A DNA stretch of 63,168 nt, filler included, from Vannella sp. (GCA_023345925.1; 8 parts of 8 records of this genome joined end to end with filler, not necessarily neighbours in it); one strand, 5' to 3'; counted from the whole stretch's first letter, positions 24,509 through 36,851 are shown. Numbers and translations: made by a program. The notes: a model not told the origin generated them from the sequence alone.

Positions 24509-25918
24509 ATGGAGCAAATCACAAGTCCTTCTAAGAGCATTGTTAAGGCGGGAAAGAAGACTGTTTGTGATAGCTGTCGTTGGAACAAGCGGAAATGTGA
24601 CCTGAAGAACCCTTGTTCTCGTTGCACCACCACTCGGACGATTTGTCAGTATACCACCGGGCCCTCTCGCGCTCCCCACTCTACTACAGTATTGGAAGGA
24701 GAAGCTGTACTTACACAACACCTTGCACACCAGCTTGAGATTCTCCAAGGTTGGGACGAGTACCTGGCCCAAACCAACCATCTGCTCTGTGCCTTTGGCC
24801 TTTCTACGACCGATATCCGGTCTAAATCTTCCCCAGCCAATCTACTTCAGTCCAACTCAGTAATGGCAACAGTGCTACGGACACTCCATTCAGAGGAGAA
24901 CGCTCACTTGGCTTTTGAGTCTGAAGCGCGACTCTTGGCCGTTCAGCTGCTGACTGAGTTCAGCTGGGATAGTGCTTTTGGTTACCTGCTTCTTTCCTTT
25001 CACTACTGGGGCAGTGACGAGCAGAGGAGCAAACATTATCGGAATATCACTTTGTCCATGGGGCGCCATCTGGCTTCAGAAACTCGACTGGATGTGAATG
25101 AGAGGTCCAAAATACTTCGACTTTATCTCTTTGCGTTGAGTATGCAAGACATTGATGATCTTAGCAACGTTTCAGACCTTTCCCTTGGTCTCAAATCCAT
25201 GAAATCTCTTATTGCAATGGATGCTGCTGACCCAGAAGCTTCTGAAGGAATGTCCATTCCTACTATAATTGAGTGGCTTCAATTCAGAGCCATGATGGCG
25301 GCTTGCCTCCTCCCAATCACACAAAGTTGTGGCAGTTTTAAACTGGCAATCACCAGACCCCTTTCCAGCAATCCAGATGGCATTGCGGCCTTAACAAAGT
25401 CGAGTCTTATTGTCATGAAATCCCTGTCTCCAACGCTAGAGAGGAGCCCGCCCCTCTTCCGCAATCTCCTCACCGGAATTCTTTACTTCACAACAGGCAA
25501 TTGCGTTGAGGCGCGTCGTTTCATCATGCAAGCTGCCAACATCTCTAACAAGAAATCAATCGCATTAGGAGGTCCCCACTTGCTCAGCCTCTTCCAAATC
25601 GCATTTCGAATCGTCTTGAGCTGGGGGGAGTTGAAGCTGGCTGACCAAGTCATTCAAATGATGAATCTTCTCTCTCGCACTCTGCCCTTGGCATATCCTC
25701 TTTTCCGTCAGAATCAAGCCCTCTTGTTGGAAGCAGAAGGGCTGCTGTGCACTCCTTTGGCTCCTTTAGAGATTCATGTGGATTCTGCCCCTCCAAAACC
25801 TATTACAAATCCATTTGATGCTCCAAACCCAATCCTGCCTCCCATTTTGGCGCCTCAATGGAAAGCTCCGCAAAAAGAATCTCCCCAAACCATGGCAGGT
25901 CCACCCTCTCCCATCTAA
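24509..25918 (+). CDS. Zn(II)2Cys6 binuclear-cluster transcription factor
   Basis: CDSCRWNKRKCDLKNPCSRCTTTRTICQY (C-x2-C-x6-C-x5-C-x2-C-x6-C). Confidence 0.9.
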   Translation: MEQITSPSKSIVKAGKKTVCDSCRWNKRKCDLKNPCSRCTTTRTICQYTTGPSRAPHSTTVLEGEAVLTQHLAHQLEILQGWDEYLAQTNHLLCAFGLSTTDIRSKSSPANLLQSNSVMATVLRTLHSEENAHLAFESEARLLAVQLLTEFSWDSAFGYLLLSFHYWGSDEQRSKHYRNITLSMGRHLASETRLDVNERSKILRLYLFALSMQDIDDLSNVSDLSLGLKSMKSLIAMDAADPEASEGMSIPTIIEWLQFRAMMAACLLPITQSCGSFKLAITRPLSSNPDGIAALTKSSLIVMKSLSPTLERSPPLFRNLLTGILYFTTGNCVEARRFIMQAANISNKKSIALGGPHLLSLFQIAFRIVLSWGELKLADQVIQMMNLLSRTLPLAYPLFRQNQALLLEAEGLLCTPLAPLEIHVDSAPPKPITNPFDAPNPILPPILAPQWKAPQKESPQTMAGPPSPI

Positions 25919-26376
25919 GAACGGTTCCAAGAGGCTTGCCTTTTCAATGAGCATTCTGAGACATTTAGCGTTCAATTAGCCCGCTAGCTAGCATCTTCTT
26001 CTTTAGTTAGCCCCATCTCTTCACTAAATCAAGCAACCGTTAGCTCCTAAGCTCATTTAAGTCTCTGATTCGACTTGGATCACCGCAACCTTCAATGAGA
26101 GGCTACTAATATCCATTAGAATGGTTGAGTGAGACCGAAACTCTGTTTTTTTTTGCCAGAATGTTGTTCTTGTTTTCCTTCCCTTGAGTTCCTTGACTAC
26201 TGCGGAGTGGAGATGGATGAATGTCTTCAAGTCCATCTGACGTAGTTAGTCAATGACAAGTGCCATCCAGACTGAGGTTTACGAAGAGATCCTTCATCGG
26301 GTCAATTAAAAAAAGGAAGCGGAAAGGTCCACCCTCTATCGACTGGGAAGGTGTGGATTCCACGCGATAAAATATG

Positions 26377-27599
26377 TTACATTGTAAGACAGTTTCCATT
26401 CGACTCCCCTGCAAGCTTGTATCCCCGGCCACCTCGGCGGCGCCGGAATATTGATGCTGATTCTTCTACCTCCACTGGCTCGCTTTCTCCGCTGCACCAG
26501 CTGCAAATGGATTAACAGATACCCGGTTTGTATGAGAGAGAAGTGGGATACGTACGAATGAGCCAGAATCTCGGAAGTCGAAGTGAGTTGGTCCGTTCGA
26601 ATGTTTTGTTTCGTTAGAATTCGCTGGAGGAGGTTGCACACCTCCTCACTCAGGAATGTGGGGTATTCTATATGTGCTGTAGCAATCAGATCAAGGAGGT
26701 TGCCAACGCTAGCCGTCACAAAAGGATAACGGCCAACCACCATAATGTAGAGTACCAATCCCGCTGCCCAGATGTCCAGGCGCTCTCCACATGCGCTAAA
26801 CTTGACCTGACCACTAATTACTTCAGGTGGCTGGAAAGCGACTGTCCCTTGGCCCCTGCCACAGCGAGGACGAGAGAAGCCGCCAAGTTCGCGGGTCCCT
26901 TCTGAAGCGCTCTCCTCTCCACCACTACTCTCACTTTGTGACTGAGGTGCAGAGTCAAGACGTCGAATGGAAACGCCAAAGTCAGAGATCTTCACTTCTC
27001 CAGCAGCTGTCAGGAGCAAGTTGTCGGGTTTGATGTCGCCGTGGATGATATCTCGCTCATGGAGGTAGTCCAAGCCACCGATCAGATCGCAGAAGATTGC
27101 ACGAGCCTGCACTTCTGTTATCCGCTTCTCTGGAAGCCGTTTGAGGAGAGCGCAAAGAGTACCGCCACCCGCATACTCGAGCTCGATGTATCTGCATTGT
27201 GAGGGGCAAGTGAGAAGCTAGAACGAAGACTGTGGTGCTATTGCTTACAGCTTATTCTGTTCCTTCCAGTGAGAGCGCATCTCAATGATGTGGGGATGTT
27301 GGAGAGTCTGCATGATCCTTATTTCCTCTTCCACGAAGCCAATGCCACCGGGAATGCGCCGCAAAGCATGCTCTTTGCAAACCTTGAGTGCCACTCTCTC
27401 GTGAGTCTCGATATTCAGAGCCTCCTTGACGGTCCCGTAAGACCCTTCCCCTATGTGAGCTCTCCACAGCTCCCAATCGCACCATTCCCTCACCTTTCCC
27501 TAAACGCAGTCCCACAACAAACTTCCCCACTTGTTTCGGCTCCTTCCGTAAGTATACGACGTCACTTGACGACCTAAGAGGGCTCCTTCCCCCCTCCAT
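26377..27599 (-). CDS. STK11: LKB1/STK11-like kinase, spliced
   Basis: GEGSYGTVKE, LRRIPGG, HGDIKPDNLLL and GQGTVAFQPPE. The spliced C-terminus ends in the CaaX box CLTM, and LKB1 is prenylated. Confidence 0.82.
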
Positions 27600-27661
27600 C
27601 CTCCCCGAACCACCAAAAAGTGACTTCAAGAACCAATCAGTCCACCAGAGCTCTTCCTTTA

Positions 27662-30600
27662 TCATTGATGAGCTTCATTGGCACCATTGGAGCGGTGAAG
27701 AGAGAAAAGAGTGCCGCTTCGTTCCCGGTTGGGGACGGAAGCTGTCACAGCGTTGAAGCGAGGCACTCTTTGACCCCCAATGGAATCAGTGCGTGCACGA
27801 GTGACAGGCTTTCGAAGAGAATGAAGCGTTAGTCTCTTCCCAGCTCCCGGTTTCGCTCCCATAAAGCGAGTTGGGGCGCCGGTGTTGGGTGCCGAAAGCT
27901 TTTCCTTGTTACCAAGGACGCAGGAACCACATTTGAGACTACAAGGGGCTTCCAGAATAGTCTTTCTATCATCTAAGCTTATCAGTTGGGAGCAGGCACA
28001 ACAGGGTGCGCATGTCTGGTGAAGTTTTGCACCGCCAATCAAAAGATATTGCCCGATTAGTAGTTCCTTGCACAAGTCACAGGAAGTGCGTTGGAGCAGG
28101 TCAGAACAACTACGGCAACACGCATGCCCATCTAACATGGCGTAAGCTCCACTGAGAAGAGAATGACAGTTCTCGCAAGTAAAACAATCTGCATGGTAAG
28201 TTCTCCCAATGGCGTCCAGAACCTGCTCGAAGATGCCCTTCTCGCATGCATAACAGGAAAACTTGGGTTTGATGCATCTCTTACAAATGGGAAGGCCTTT
28301 CTCGTTCAGACTGATTGGTTCTGTGACGGAGGCAAAAAGATCACCGCATTCAGTACAACAGAAGCACTCTTCATGGTAATACTGGTTGCTCATGGCGATG
28401 TGGCCTTTGTCCAAGATTTTGTCGCATCGGGTGCAGCAAGGCGAGGGGTGGCACGCCTTACAAAGGAGCTTATTGTGATAGAATGCAGAGTTGTCAGGGT
28501 CGATAGGCTTATCGCATTGCCCACAGCGATAGCATTCCTTGTGGAAGATACCATTTTCATCCTCATATCTGTCTCCATGAGCAACTGGGTTGCGGCAGCG
28601 AGTACATTGGGGGTGGTTCGAGCAAAAGTTCTTTCCTTTGATAACTACGAAGCATCCAGGCTCGAGAGGCTTCACGCAACCAGGCATTTGGCATGTAAAG
28701 CATTTCTTATGCCACATCTTACCCTTAGCCTCTAAGAGCTGTGGAAGAGGGACTAATTGAGTACATCGAGCGCATTTGATTTGGTGAGAAATGCAATGGA
28801 CGTTGCCATCTCTTATGAAGAAGGTTGCGTCATCCTGTGGCGTGTGAATTTGCTTCTTGCAAGTGTGGCAGCAGAAGCATGTCGCATGAAAGTCATGGCC
28901 GTCCCATTGAATGTGTTCCTCAAGAGGAATCCTCTCTTTGCAGTTGTAGCAGCACAGTAGCCCGTGCTTTAAGCAGACCAGTTGCCCTTGCTTCATTTCG
29001 GCCATTTCTTCGGCAATTTCTGAGTTCCAAACTGCGTTGCAGCCTGGCTCTGTGCATCGAAGGCACTTTAAATGCCACTGTTCATCAAAAGCCGTGACTG
29101 CTTGCGAAGGAGGAACGTTCTTTGCACAAAGGAAGCAAGAAACAACGACATTGTGAGACTGGCAGCGCGGTAGACCGTCCATATCGAGAAATTCGTCTTC
29201 TTTGTGATTCAGTTGCCGCTGGCATTCCACACAGCGGAAACAAGTGGCGTGGAAGTATCCGCCAATAGCATTGATCATGTCGACCTCGCGCATTGGATTC
29301 GGACAAAGAGGCGCTTTGCAACGGTTCTGGCCGAGAACCATTCCTTTGTGTGAGGGGCAAAAGACGTTGCCATTCACAACAACAAAGGCAGATGGATCCT
29401 TATGCTCCAATAGCTCTGTACAGTAAGAGCATCTAAAGCATTCCATATGCCACGAAGAGTTCTCCACATCCACATGGCGCTGAGAAGTCAATGGCCGGGA
29501 ACAAGCGTTGCACGCACTGAAGAAGTCATCCCCTTCACATCGTTGGCAAACGGCCTTTCCTTCCTTAATAATGCAGTTCCGTGCTCCAGAGAAGTTCTTT
29601 CCGCATTTGTCGCAAGTAACGCAGGACCAGTGAATCAGTTTTCCTCCAATCTCCACGGAAGAGTCCTGTGCCACCACAACATCCGCACATATGGAGCAAG
29701 AGCCCATTTCCTGCGCTCCAGCCTTGCTGCCATCCTCGTCCCCAGGTTCTTGAGCTTTAAAGTACAACTCAATCTTGAATCCTGGAGCGAATGTCTTGCA
29801 AGCATTATCCTTACAGGCCTGCTCCAAGTCCCTCTTACGGAGACAAAAGTAGTTCCCTTGAATGAAGGACGTGTGGAACCAGAAGTAGAACATCTTCCCT
29901 TTCAAGTCTCGATGGTAGAATTCGATCTTAATATCGTTGGCCAGGATCATTCCGCAGTCGAAATCGACCACCTGGTTGCCCTTCTTGCCCTTAATGGGGT
30001 CAGAGTAGTAGATGGTGTTGCCTCCTTTGGAGATTGAGAACCAAGGCTCACTCCCGCCCTTTTTGATGGTCGGGATTGTGTGCATGCGGATGCGCTCTAG
30101 CTTGACGAAAGTGGGCTGAGGAAGTTGGCCTTTGCTTGAGATGTACTCAAAGTACTTGACGAAGCGGCGTTGGCTGTGGAGAGTCACACCTTTCTTGTTC
30201 AACGTCCGTTTGGCTGCAAAGAGTTGGAGAGCTTCACTAGAAGAGCTAACACGGCGTGCGAATTGCAAGTAGCAACATATCATCATCCCTGTACGTCCCT
30301 TTCCTGCCTTGCAGTGCACAGCCACCACGTTCTGAGGGTGGGCCTCGAGCCATTCGTGCACATCCAGGCAGAACTGGAGGATCAAAGCAAGAGAGCAAGG
30401 ATTATGATCATCAAAGGGAAACTCACGTACTGTTCAAGAGCCCAGTGGTAAGGGAGACGAGCCATAGGAAGAAGAGGAAGAGTGCGCACCTGGTCCTTTG
30501 AACTTCTTATGGTCGTATCGCCGTTCTGAACAGCTACAAGATGTCAGAGGAGGTACAGGAAGTAGGAGATGAGCGCAAACCCACAGATTGTAGATCTTGT

Positions 30601-30906
30601 AGTGGCCAGGGTGAAGTTCATCCAAGAACCTGAACAAGAAGAGCGAATAAGCCTCCAGGAGGACACTGAAGTTGCACTTACTTCTGTACCTGCACCATTG
30701 GATTGCGGTAGATACCCTCGAGCTTTTCTGAAGGGAATCCCATCGCAATGATGTTGTCCGTTACATCTTCCTCCTCGTTAGTTAACCAAGTCTTCTCACT
30801 CTTTCTCCCTCTCACATGACAAGTCCAAGTCAAAGCCACCTTCTTGAAAGCGTCTCTTCTTCTTGGAAACAAGCCCCCGCAGCTTATTAGCGGCTGCCAG
30901 GTCCAT
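27662..30906 (-). CDS. PTEN-family phosphatase plus C2 plus 10 LIM domains, spliced
   Basis: LRGLVSKKKRRFQEGGFDLDLSY, IIAMGFP and HCKAGKGRTG, followed by ten CxxC..HxxC..CxxC..Cxx(C/H) units. Confidence 0.93.
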
Positions 30907-31136
30907 TCAAAGGCTAAGAAGCAATGAGTGAGTCCAGTCACGTGACCTTCCCAAACGAATTTTTCTTTCAACCTTCAGGTGAGCTTGTTAGCTATTGGGG
31001 CAACTTCAGCAAAGATTTGAATCGTGGTTCGTGGACCTCAACTGCTTTTGATCCGATTCTCGAATCACGATTCTGTGGGTTTCTCAAATCTTTCCTGGAA
31101 AAATAAAATTTCCTAGGTAATTCAACTTGAACTTAA

Positions 31137-32607
31137 GGGTCCTTTTGGCTTCAAAGAAAATGGGGTTGCCATCAAGATCCCTCAGTGACTTGCCTTTAAT
31201 CATTTCAAGTTCATAGATGTTTCTTTATAATTAACTGAATTTTATCAGGAAATCATTCTTCATCATCATTGATGCCAAGGGCCTCCAGGCGTGCGACCAA
31301 CTCGCCCTTTCGCCCCTTTGCTGAGACACCAAGTCCGCGACAGGATGATCTCAATTGGAGGACTGTTGATTCGCTTCTCTTCCTCTTCTTAAGTGGGGTT
31401 TCGGGCTCTGGAGTCGCCTTTGGTTCAAAGAGTACGAGAGATGCCGCCAGCCGCTCTCCAGGCACCTCGGTCGATGAGGTCGAACGGTTAGTGCACTCCT
31501 TACCACATCCACACAGACCCTGTGAGCACTCATTTCGATTAGCTCGACAGGTGCACTTCTTGTTCTTGCAACCCATCTTGCAGGAGCAAGTTGTTGCAGC
31601 TTTGTAGGTGTGGGGTAGCTTTTCGTACTTTCTTGACTTCTTGGTTCGACGCCTTGTCTTCCCAACTATTTGAAAGTAAGATGCGTCGTATACCTTCTGC
31701 CTCTCGCGAGCATCAAGCCAGCATCTGATCGAAGTTGACAACGGGAGCTGAAGACGTTGGAAAACTAAGGGAATAGCAGTCTGCCATCCCTGGTTGTGGC
31801 TCAAGATCGCTAGGTGGACTCGCGTTGCATACATGGATGCGACAGGAAGAGCCTTAGGCACCAGGTTAGAGATCTCGTGATTGGAAGACTCAGAGAGTGA
31901 CTGATTCCTTCCGTGAGTGTACTTATCGGCAGTTAGCGCATACTTCTTCAGGATATCGCCCAAAATAGAGGCGCTCTCCGGACTCATGATATCCTTCTCG
32001 CCGTAAGTTTTTTCATGATGGCAATCGCCGTGGTTGCCGTGATGGTGCTTGACGCAGCGTTTCAGTTCTTCAACGAAAAAGCTGTTTGGATCTGGATGTT
32101 CTTTAGCTTCTCGTGCTGCTCTCCAAGCCCAAGCGCGGATGCCTTCAGCCCACTCATCTCCTCCCGAGATCCGTGTTCTAATCTCCTTACTGAGATTCTT
32201 GAAAGCATGGTTAATGCATAACTCCTCCTTGCACGAAGGAAACGCTTCACGACAGGAGGCGAAGGCTGAAGAATCCCCATCATGGAGGAATCTCAAGTTT
32301 TCGTCCTGACTGGGCGATGATGTTGCAAATAGCAGCTGTTCCGGCCCCCTCCATTGCCTTAGAGGTCCCAGCAAAGTTGTTATAGCGATTCTTGGCGTTG
32401 ATCAAGATGGAAACGCCGATAACCTTGTTGTTTGTGATGGATAGGAAGGTGGTGGTTCCCATCGGTGACTTATGTCCTCTTACCGCCCAACAGCAATCAC
32501 TCTGGGCCTCGACTTCGTTTCCACAATCAGCTAGTGCCTTATCCATAGCCTCTTTCGACACCTCCTGAACCACTTTGCCGATTCTGTCCAAAGCAGCCGT
32601 GAAGGCT
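31137..32607 (-). mobile_element. Kolobok/Mutator-like DDE transposon, 3' part, frameshifted
   Basis: SDCCWAVRGHKS, NFAGTSKAME, HDGDSS, CINH and SESSN, then CXC and SAP-like tails. Frame break near 32293. Candidate terminus TTAA|GGGTCC at 31133-31142. Confidence 0.8.
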
Positions 32608-32707
32608 NNNNNNNNNNNNNNNNNNNNNNNNNNNNNNNNNNNNNNNNNNNNTTAATTAATTAANNNNNNNNNNNNNNNNNNNNNNNNNNNNNNNNNNNNN
32701 NNNNNNN
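32608..32707. other. Artificial contig linker
   Basis: Same spacer. Confidence 0.99.
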
Positions 32708-33177
32708 TGGACTCGCCCCTGACCATCTGTTTGGCCCTTCCCAACAACACAAAGAAGGGCGAGGCGGTATGTCTTAGCTATTATGACACGCGCAAAAAAG
32801 AATGGAGATGTGAAGATGAGTGCCTCACCAACATCCCCGCAAAAGGCCAGAACGCAACCAATGACGGTTCCAACGCCGGTAGCGGCAACCTTCTGTGTGG
32901 CCACACTGGGCATCTCACAGACTTCGCCCTCTTGTTGACAGGGAAAAGAGGAGCGTTGTGCCAGTCCGATAGCAACGATAACACTCTGGCGTGGGTTTCC
33001 TTGGGGATGGTGGCGGGAGCCGTCCTGTTGGTTGCTCTCTCTGGAGTTGCTGTTGAGATGCACATCCGATGTAGGAAGAATCGCCGGGCAAAACTAATCG
33101 GTAAGATCCTTTCGTATCCTGTTTCTGGTCACTCACTTGCAGTGAATCATCCAGAAGGGATCCCGGTGTCCGAGTAG
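32708..33177 (+). CDS. GPS/GAIN-motif single-pass membrane protein, C-terminal fragment
   Basis: CLSYYD...EWRCEDECL...CGHTGHLTDFALLL (GPS HL|T), followed by one TM segment and a basic tail. Confidence 0.82.
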
Positions 33178-33274
33178 CTCTTCCCTTTCCATCTTTCCAT
33201 GGCATCTTTCCTAACAGCAACACTGTGCTTCTTCTTCAACGAGGATAAACTCCTTCTATCCCCAGTATCAACCG

Positions 33275-33327
33275 TCAAGCAAGTCAGTATCTGGCCAAGT
33301 CACTTGACCAGATACTGACTTGCTTGA
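33275..33327. repeat. 53-bp near-perfect palindrome
   Basis: 26-nt arms with one mismatch and a 1-nt spacer. Confidence 0.95.
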
Positions 33328-33421
33328 TGTTCAACTCGGCCGCATTCCTCTTCTGACAGCACTTTAGAGCTCAAACTCTCCAGGAATACTCAAATGTAGG
33401 GTAGGAGAGGCCATTTGTTGG

Positions 33422-33894
33422 ATGGCGTTTGTCCTGCGCGCGCAAGGCGGCCTTCTTCGCGGGGCTTCCTCGAGGATGGGAGGTGCTTGGCTGCCAGTGA
33501 GAGCGTATTGCGATTCAGAGGACTTTGAGAGGAAGCGAGAGGCGAAGGAAGCGGACAAACAGAAGGCTGCTTTGAGGAAAGAGCGCGAACAGAAGAAGAA
33601 GGTGAGATGGTTATCAGCTGAGGGCTGGGTTCTCTCTATAGAAGGTCTCATGTCGTTTGCCTCTTGTAGGAGATCCGTGCACAACAAAGGGACACCTTCC
33701 GGAAGGAGAAGGATGCTGTCTCGGAGAAGAAGCGATCTCGCCAGCAGCGCCACGTCATGCAGGACGAGCGTCGCCGATCCAGAGGTGTCGTAGATGGGGA
33801 TGAAGAACCAGGCCCTATGAGCAAGCAAGAGAAGCTGGAACGCAGGCAATTGAGCTCCCTGAAGGACTTGTCCAAGGGCGACGTCCTCTTCTGA
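33422..33894 (+). CDS. Small charged protein with mitochondrial-presequence-like N-terminus (intron 33602-33669)
   Basis: MAFVLRAQGGLLRGASSR.., K/R/E-rich. The GT-AG intron restores the frame to a TGA at 33894. Confidence 0.6.
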
Positions 33895-34097
33895 CCGTTC
33901 CCTGCCTTTCAGGAGAACCCAGCACCGCAGAACCAATGTAAACACCTTCCACATAGCAAATCACTCATCCAACCTTCTCAATGGCCGCCCCATACCCAGC
34001 GCCTTCCCAAAGGGCAGGAAAGTGACCCTTCTCGACCACCTCCTTGGCCCAGAAGAGAGGTTGAGGGAGCGTTTAATGCGATAGTAGATGGAAGAGG

Positions 34098-36851
34098 TTA
34101 TGCAGCTGCAATTGGCTCGCTGGTTTCTCCCGCACACATTCGGAGAATCGACCAACTTAGTTCTCGAAGCTTCCGAGTTCCGGATTGGTCGCCGTCGATA
34201 TCTCCGCCGTCTGTCAGCATTTCGTATAAGAGCTTGACTGTCTTCTCGTTAGTAATGATCTCTTGCGAGGCCGCCTCTCCAAAGAAGATCATCAGATATC
34301 TTAAAGTGCCAATTGCAGGAATGCACAAAAGTGTCTGGGTAAGTAAGGTGAGTGGGAAGGGAGGGAAGGAGAATAGAAGAGAGGAACGTACTTGTTTGCT
34401 CTCGTGGCACTTTTCTACGAACCTGAGGAGGATGGAGACGCCTCCGCACTCGAGAAGGAAGGAGCCAGTGTCTTGATGTTGGGCACAGACTTCAAGGAAT
34501 CGAGCCACACTGAAGAGGAGGAGAGGCTTGCACTCGCTCTGGAGCAGCTGAATTGCGAATTCAATCACGCGGTAGCGGAGAATCTTCTTTCGTCCAAAGT
34601 TAGAGTCCGCCACAATACTGAGAATGGAGAAGGAATAACGTGGAAGTGCGTTACTGTCTTCTACTTTGACGTTCTCCAAGATAGCTTCGACTCCGCCAGC
34701 TTCTACCAGCTCCAAACGGATCTCTGGGCTGGTCACGAGGTTCGATAGCAGTGTAGTAGAGCCTTGGATTCGGGTGTCAAGGCAAGGAGTGGGATCCCCG
34801 GCTGCCACACAAGCCTGCAGGCGACTAATGTGAGTCTGCACCTCCAGTGAGATAGGAATCTGTGGGAGTTCCTCTCCCCACTGGTCCAGCAACTGCAGAA
34901 CAGTCAACTTGTACTTCTTGTCTGGAGACTTGAGTTGAGAGTGAAGATACTTCATCAATCCCGCTGGCCGCGGTGTCGTTGGAGAGAAGCGGTAGATCTG
35001 AAGAAGAGTGGCGGCACAGCGAATCTTCATGTCCAAGTGACTATCCTGATTAAACAGTTGCCCAGCCAATAGATCCGGCACGTTGTAATTCACGAGTGTC
35101 TGAGCACCAATGAACAACGTAGAGATCTTGAGCAAACAGTAGCAAGCTGCATTGCAGACATTCGGCATCGGGTCATGAAGCATCTCAATCACTCTCTTGA
35201 GTACCTGGTCTGACATCATCGCAATCTGACCCGACAGACTCAAGGCCAGCTGTGCTAGAACCGAAACGGCGTACTTGCGCATCTGCGAGTTGGACTCGTT
35301 CAAGATGGCAGCGATGGTGGCTACACCGTCGAGGTTACAGACCTGTTCGATCTCTGTCAGGTCCTTCAGCTTAGTAGAGAGTGCATAGAGCATCTTGATT
35401 TGCAAAGCGCGGTCGGCTTCATCATGACGGAGACTCTGCCGAGTGAAAGTGAGTGATTTTGTGAGTTTGGAGGGTGTTTCTTACTTCCTGGAGTTGCTCG
35501 AAGATGGCTGTGGGCTTCTCTTCGTTGTCTCGTTGTGGGATAGTCTTGGTTTGGACAGCAACGCGATATTCTTGATAGATTGTGCTCTCCTCGAAGTTGG
35601 GGAGGAACTTGCGGTGCTCCTTGCGTAAGTTCTTGCTCCCTACGTTGAGGAGGAAGTTGGTGGTATACGAATAGAACTGTTCACGGACCCATTCCTCCCC
35701 ACGGGCGTCTTGAATACCGCTGAGAATGTTCTTCATGAACTCCCTGTCTCTGCCAGATGGGCGAATGCCAAAGTTGTTGATAACACAACCACTTGAGAAG
35801 CTTCCCAAAGCATCCCACCAGTCTAAGGCATGTGAGACGAAGAAGGCAGGGAGAAGGAAGAGGCGCACCCGTCTTGGTTTCGAAGAGAAGGTTCGTAGAG
35901 CCACAAATGTACGTCTTCTTCATCACTGGAGAGATATCCGTGAGTGCTACGTAAGGCGTCATGATCTTGGACCAGCCAGTGAGCGGAGCGACAAGAAGGG
36001 GCGCCGCCAAGCAGCAGTTGCCCACTGCACCGGCAGGCTGGCCCACAAAGAGGACCCTCTTTTGCATGAGCATGCAGTACCAGATGATGATAGTGTCCAG
36101 GCCAAAGTGGCTGATCAACTGGACCAAGGAAGCCCCTTCAAACTCATCCTTCACGACGACCATCAGTTCCACTCGTTCCCTGCACACTCAGATGACTCAC
36201 CTCATCTAGAATAGGGATGTTGATCGGATAGGTCTCTCCATAGAGCTGCAGCTGGTAGTTTTGGGTCTTCTCTACCGCCTGGACCGCCTCATAGAAGGTC
36301 TTAAGCAACGTCTTGCCCTCCTTGCATGACTTATCATCAAGGTAACGTTCCAGGATAGCCTTAGCAGGCTTGTAGAAGAGGTTAAAGTACGGGTGGTAGC
36401 TGAGAATGAGGATCGACTTTTGAATGGCTCCTCGCTTGACTGTGGAGTCCGTCCGGCTGATAAAGTAGGCTACACCATAGAGGATACATCCTTCTGTATC
36501 TCCAGACTCGGCTGAGGATGCACCAACCTCCTCCTCGGCCAAATCCTTCTTCTTTTGAGTGCGCATGAGCCCCTTCTTCTTCTTTGTGGGAAGAAGAGCG
36601 GGCTGGGGGCTCTTGAGATGGAGGATTAAGAAGGTAGTATCATGTCCGTGGATGTGACCTCCATCAGGGAGGCAGCAGTTGCCCAAATACTCGTCATCGT
36701 ACTCGTCCAAGCTAAACGGCGGGTATCGATGCGCCAGCGTGTTCCCCACGTCAATGTCGAACTCTGCATCTTCAAGTAAGCATTCTCATCCTCCCTCATC
36801 CTCCCACGCACCTGCAAACGAGACAGAGTGGAGCTGAAGCTTTCCCTCCAT
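34098..36851 (-). CDS. DENN-superfamily (Afi1/MesA-like) protein with C-terminal ARM repeats, spliced
   Basis: MEGKLQLHSVSFA|EFDIDVGNTLAHRYP, CLPDGGH, KRGAIQKSI and GSTNLLFE, then armadillo-like helices. Confidence 0.82.
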
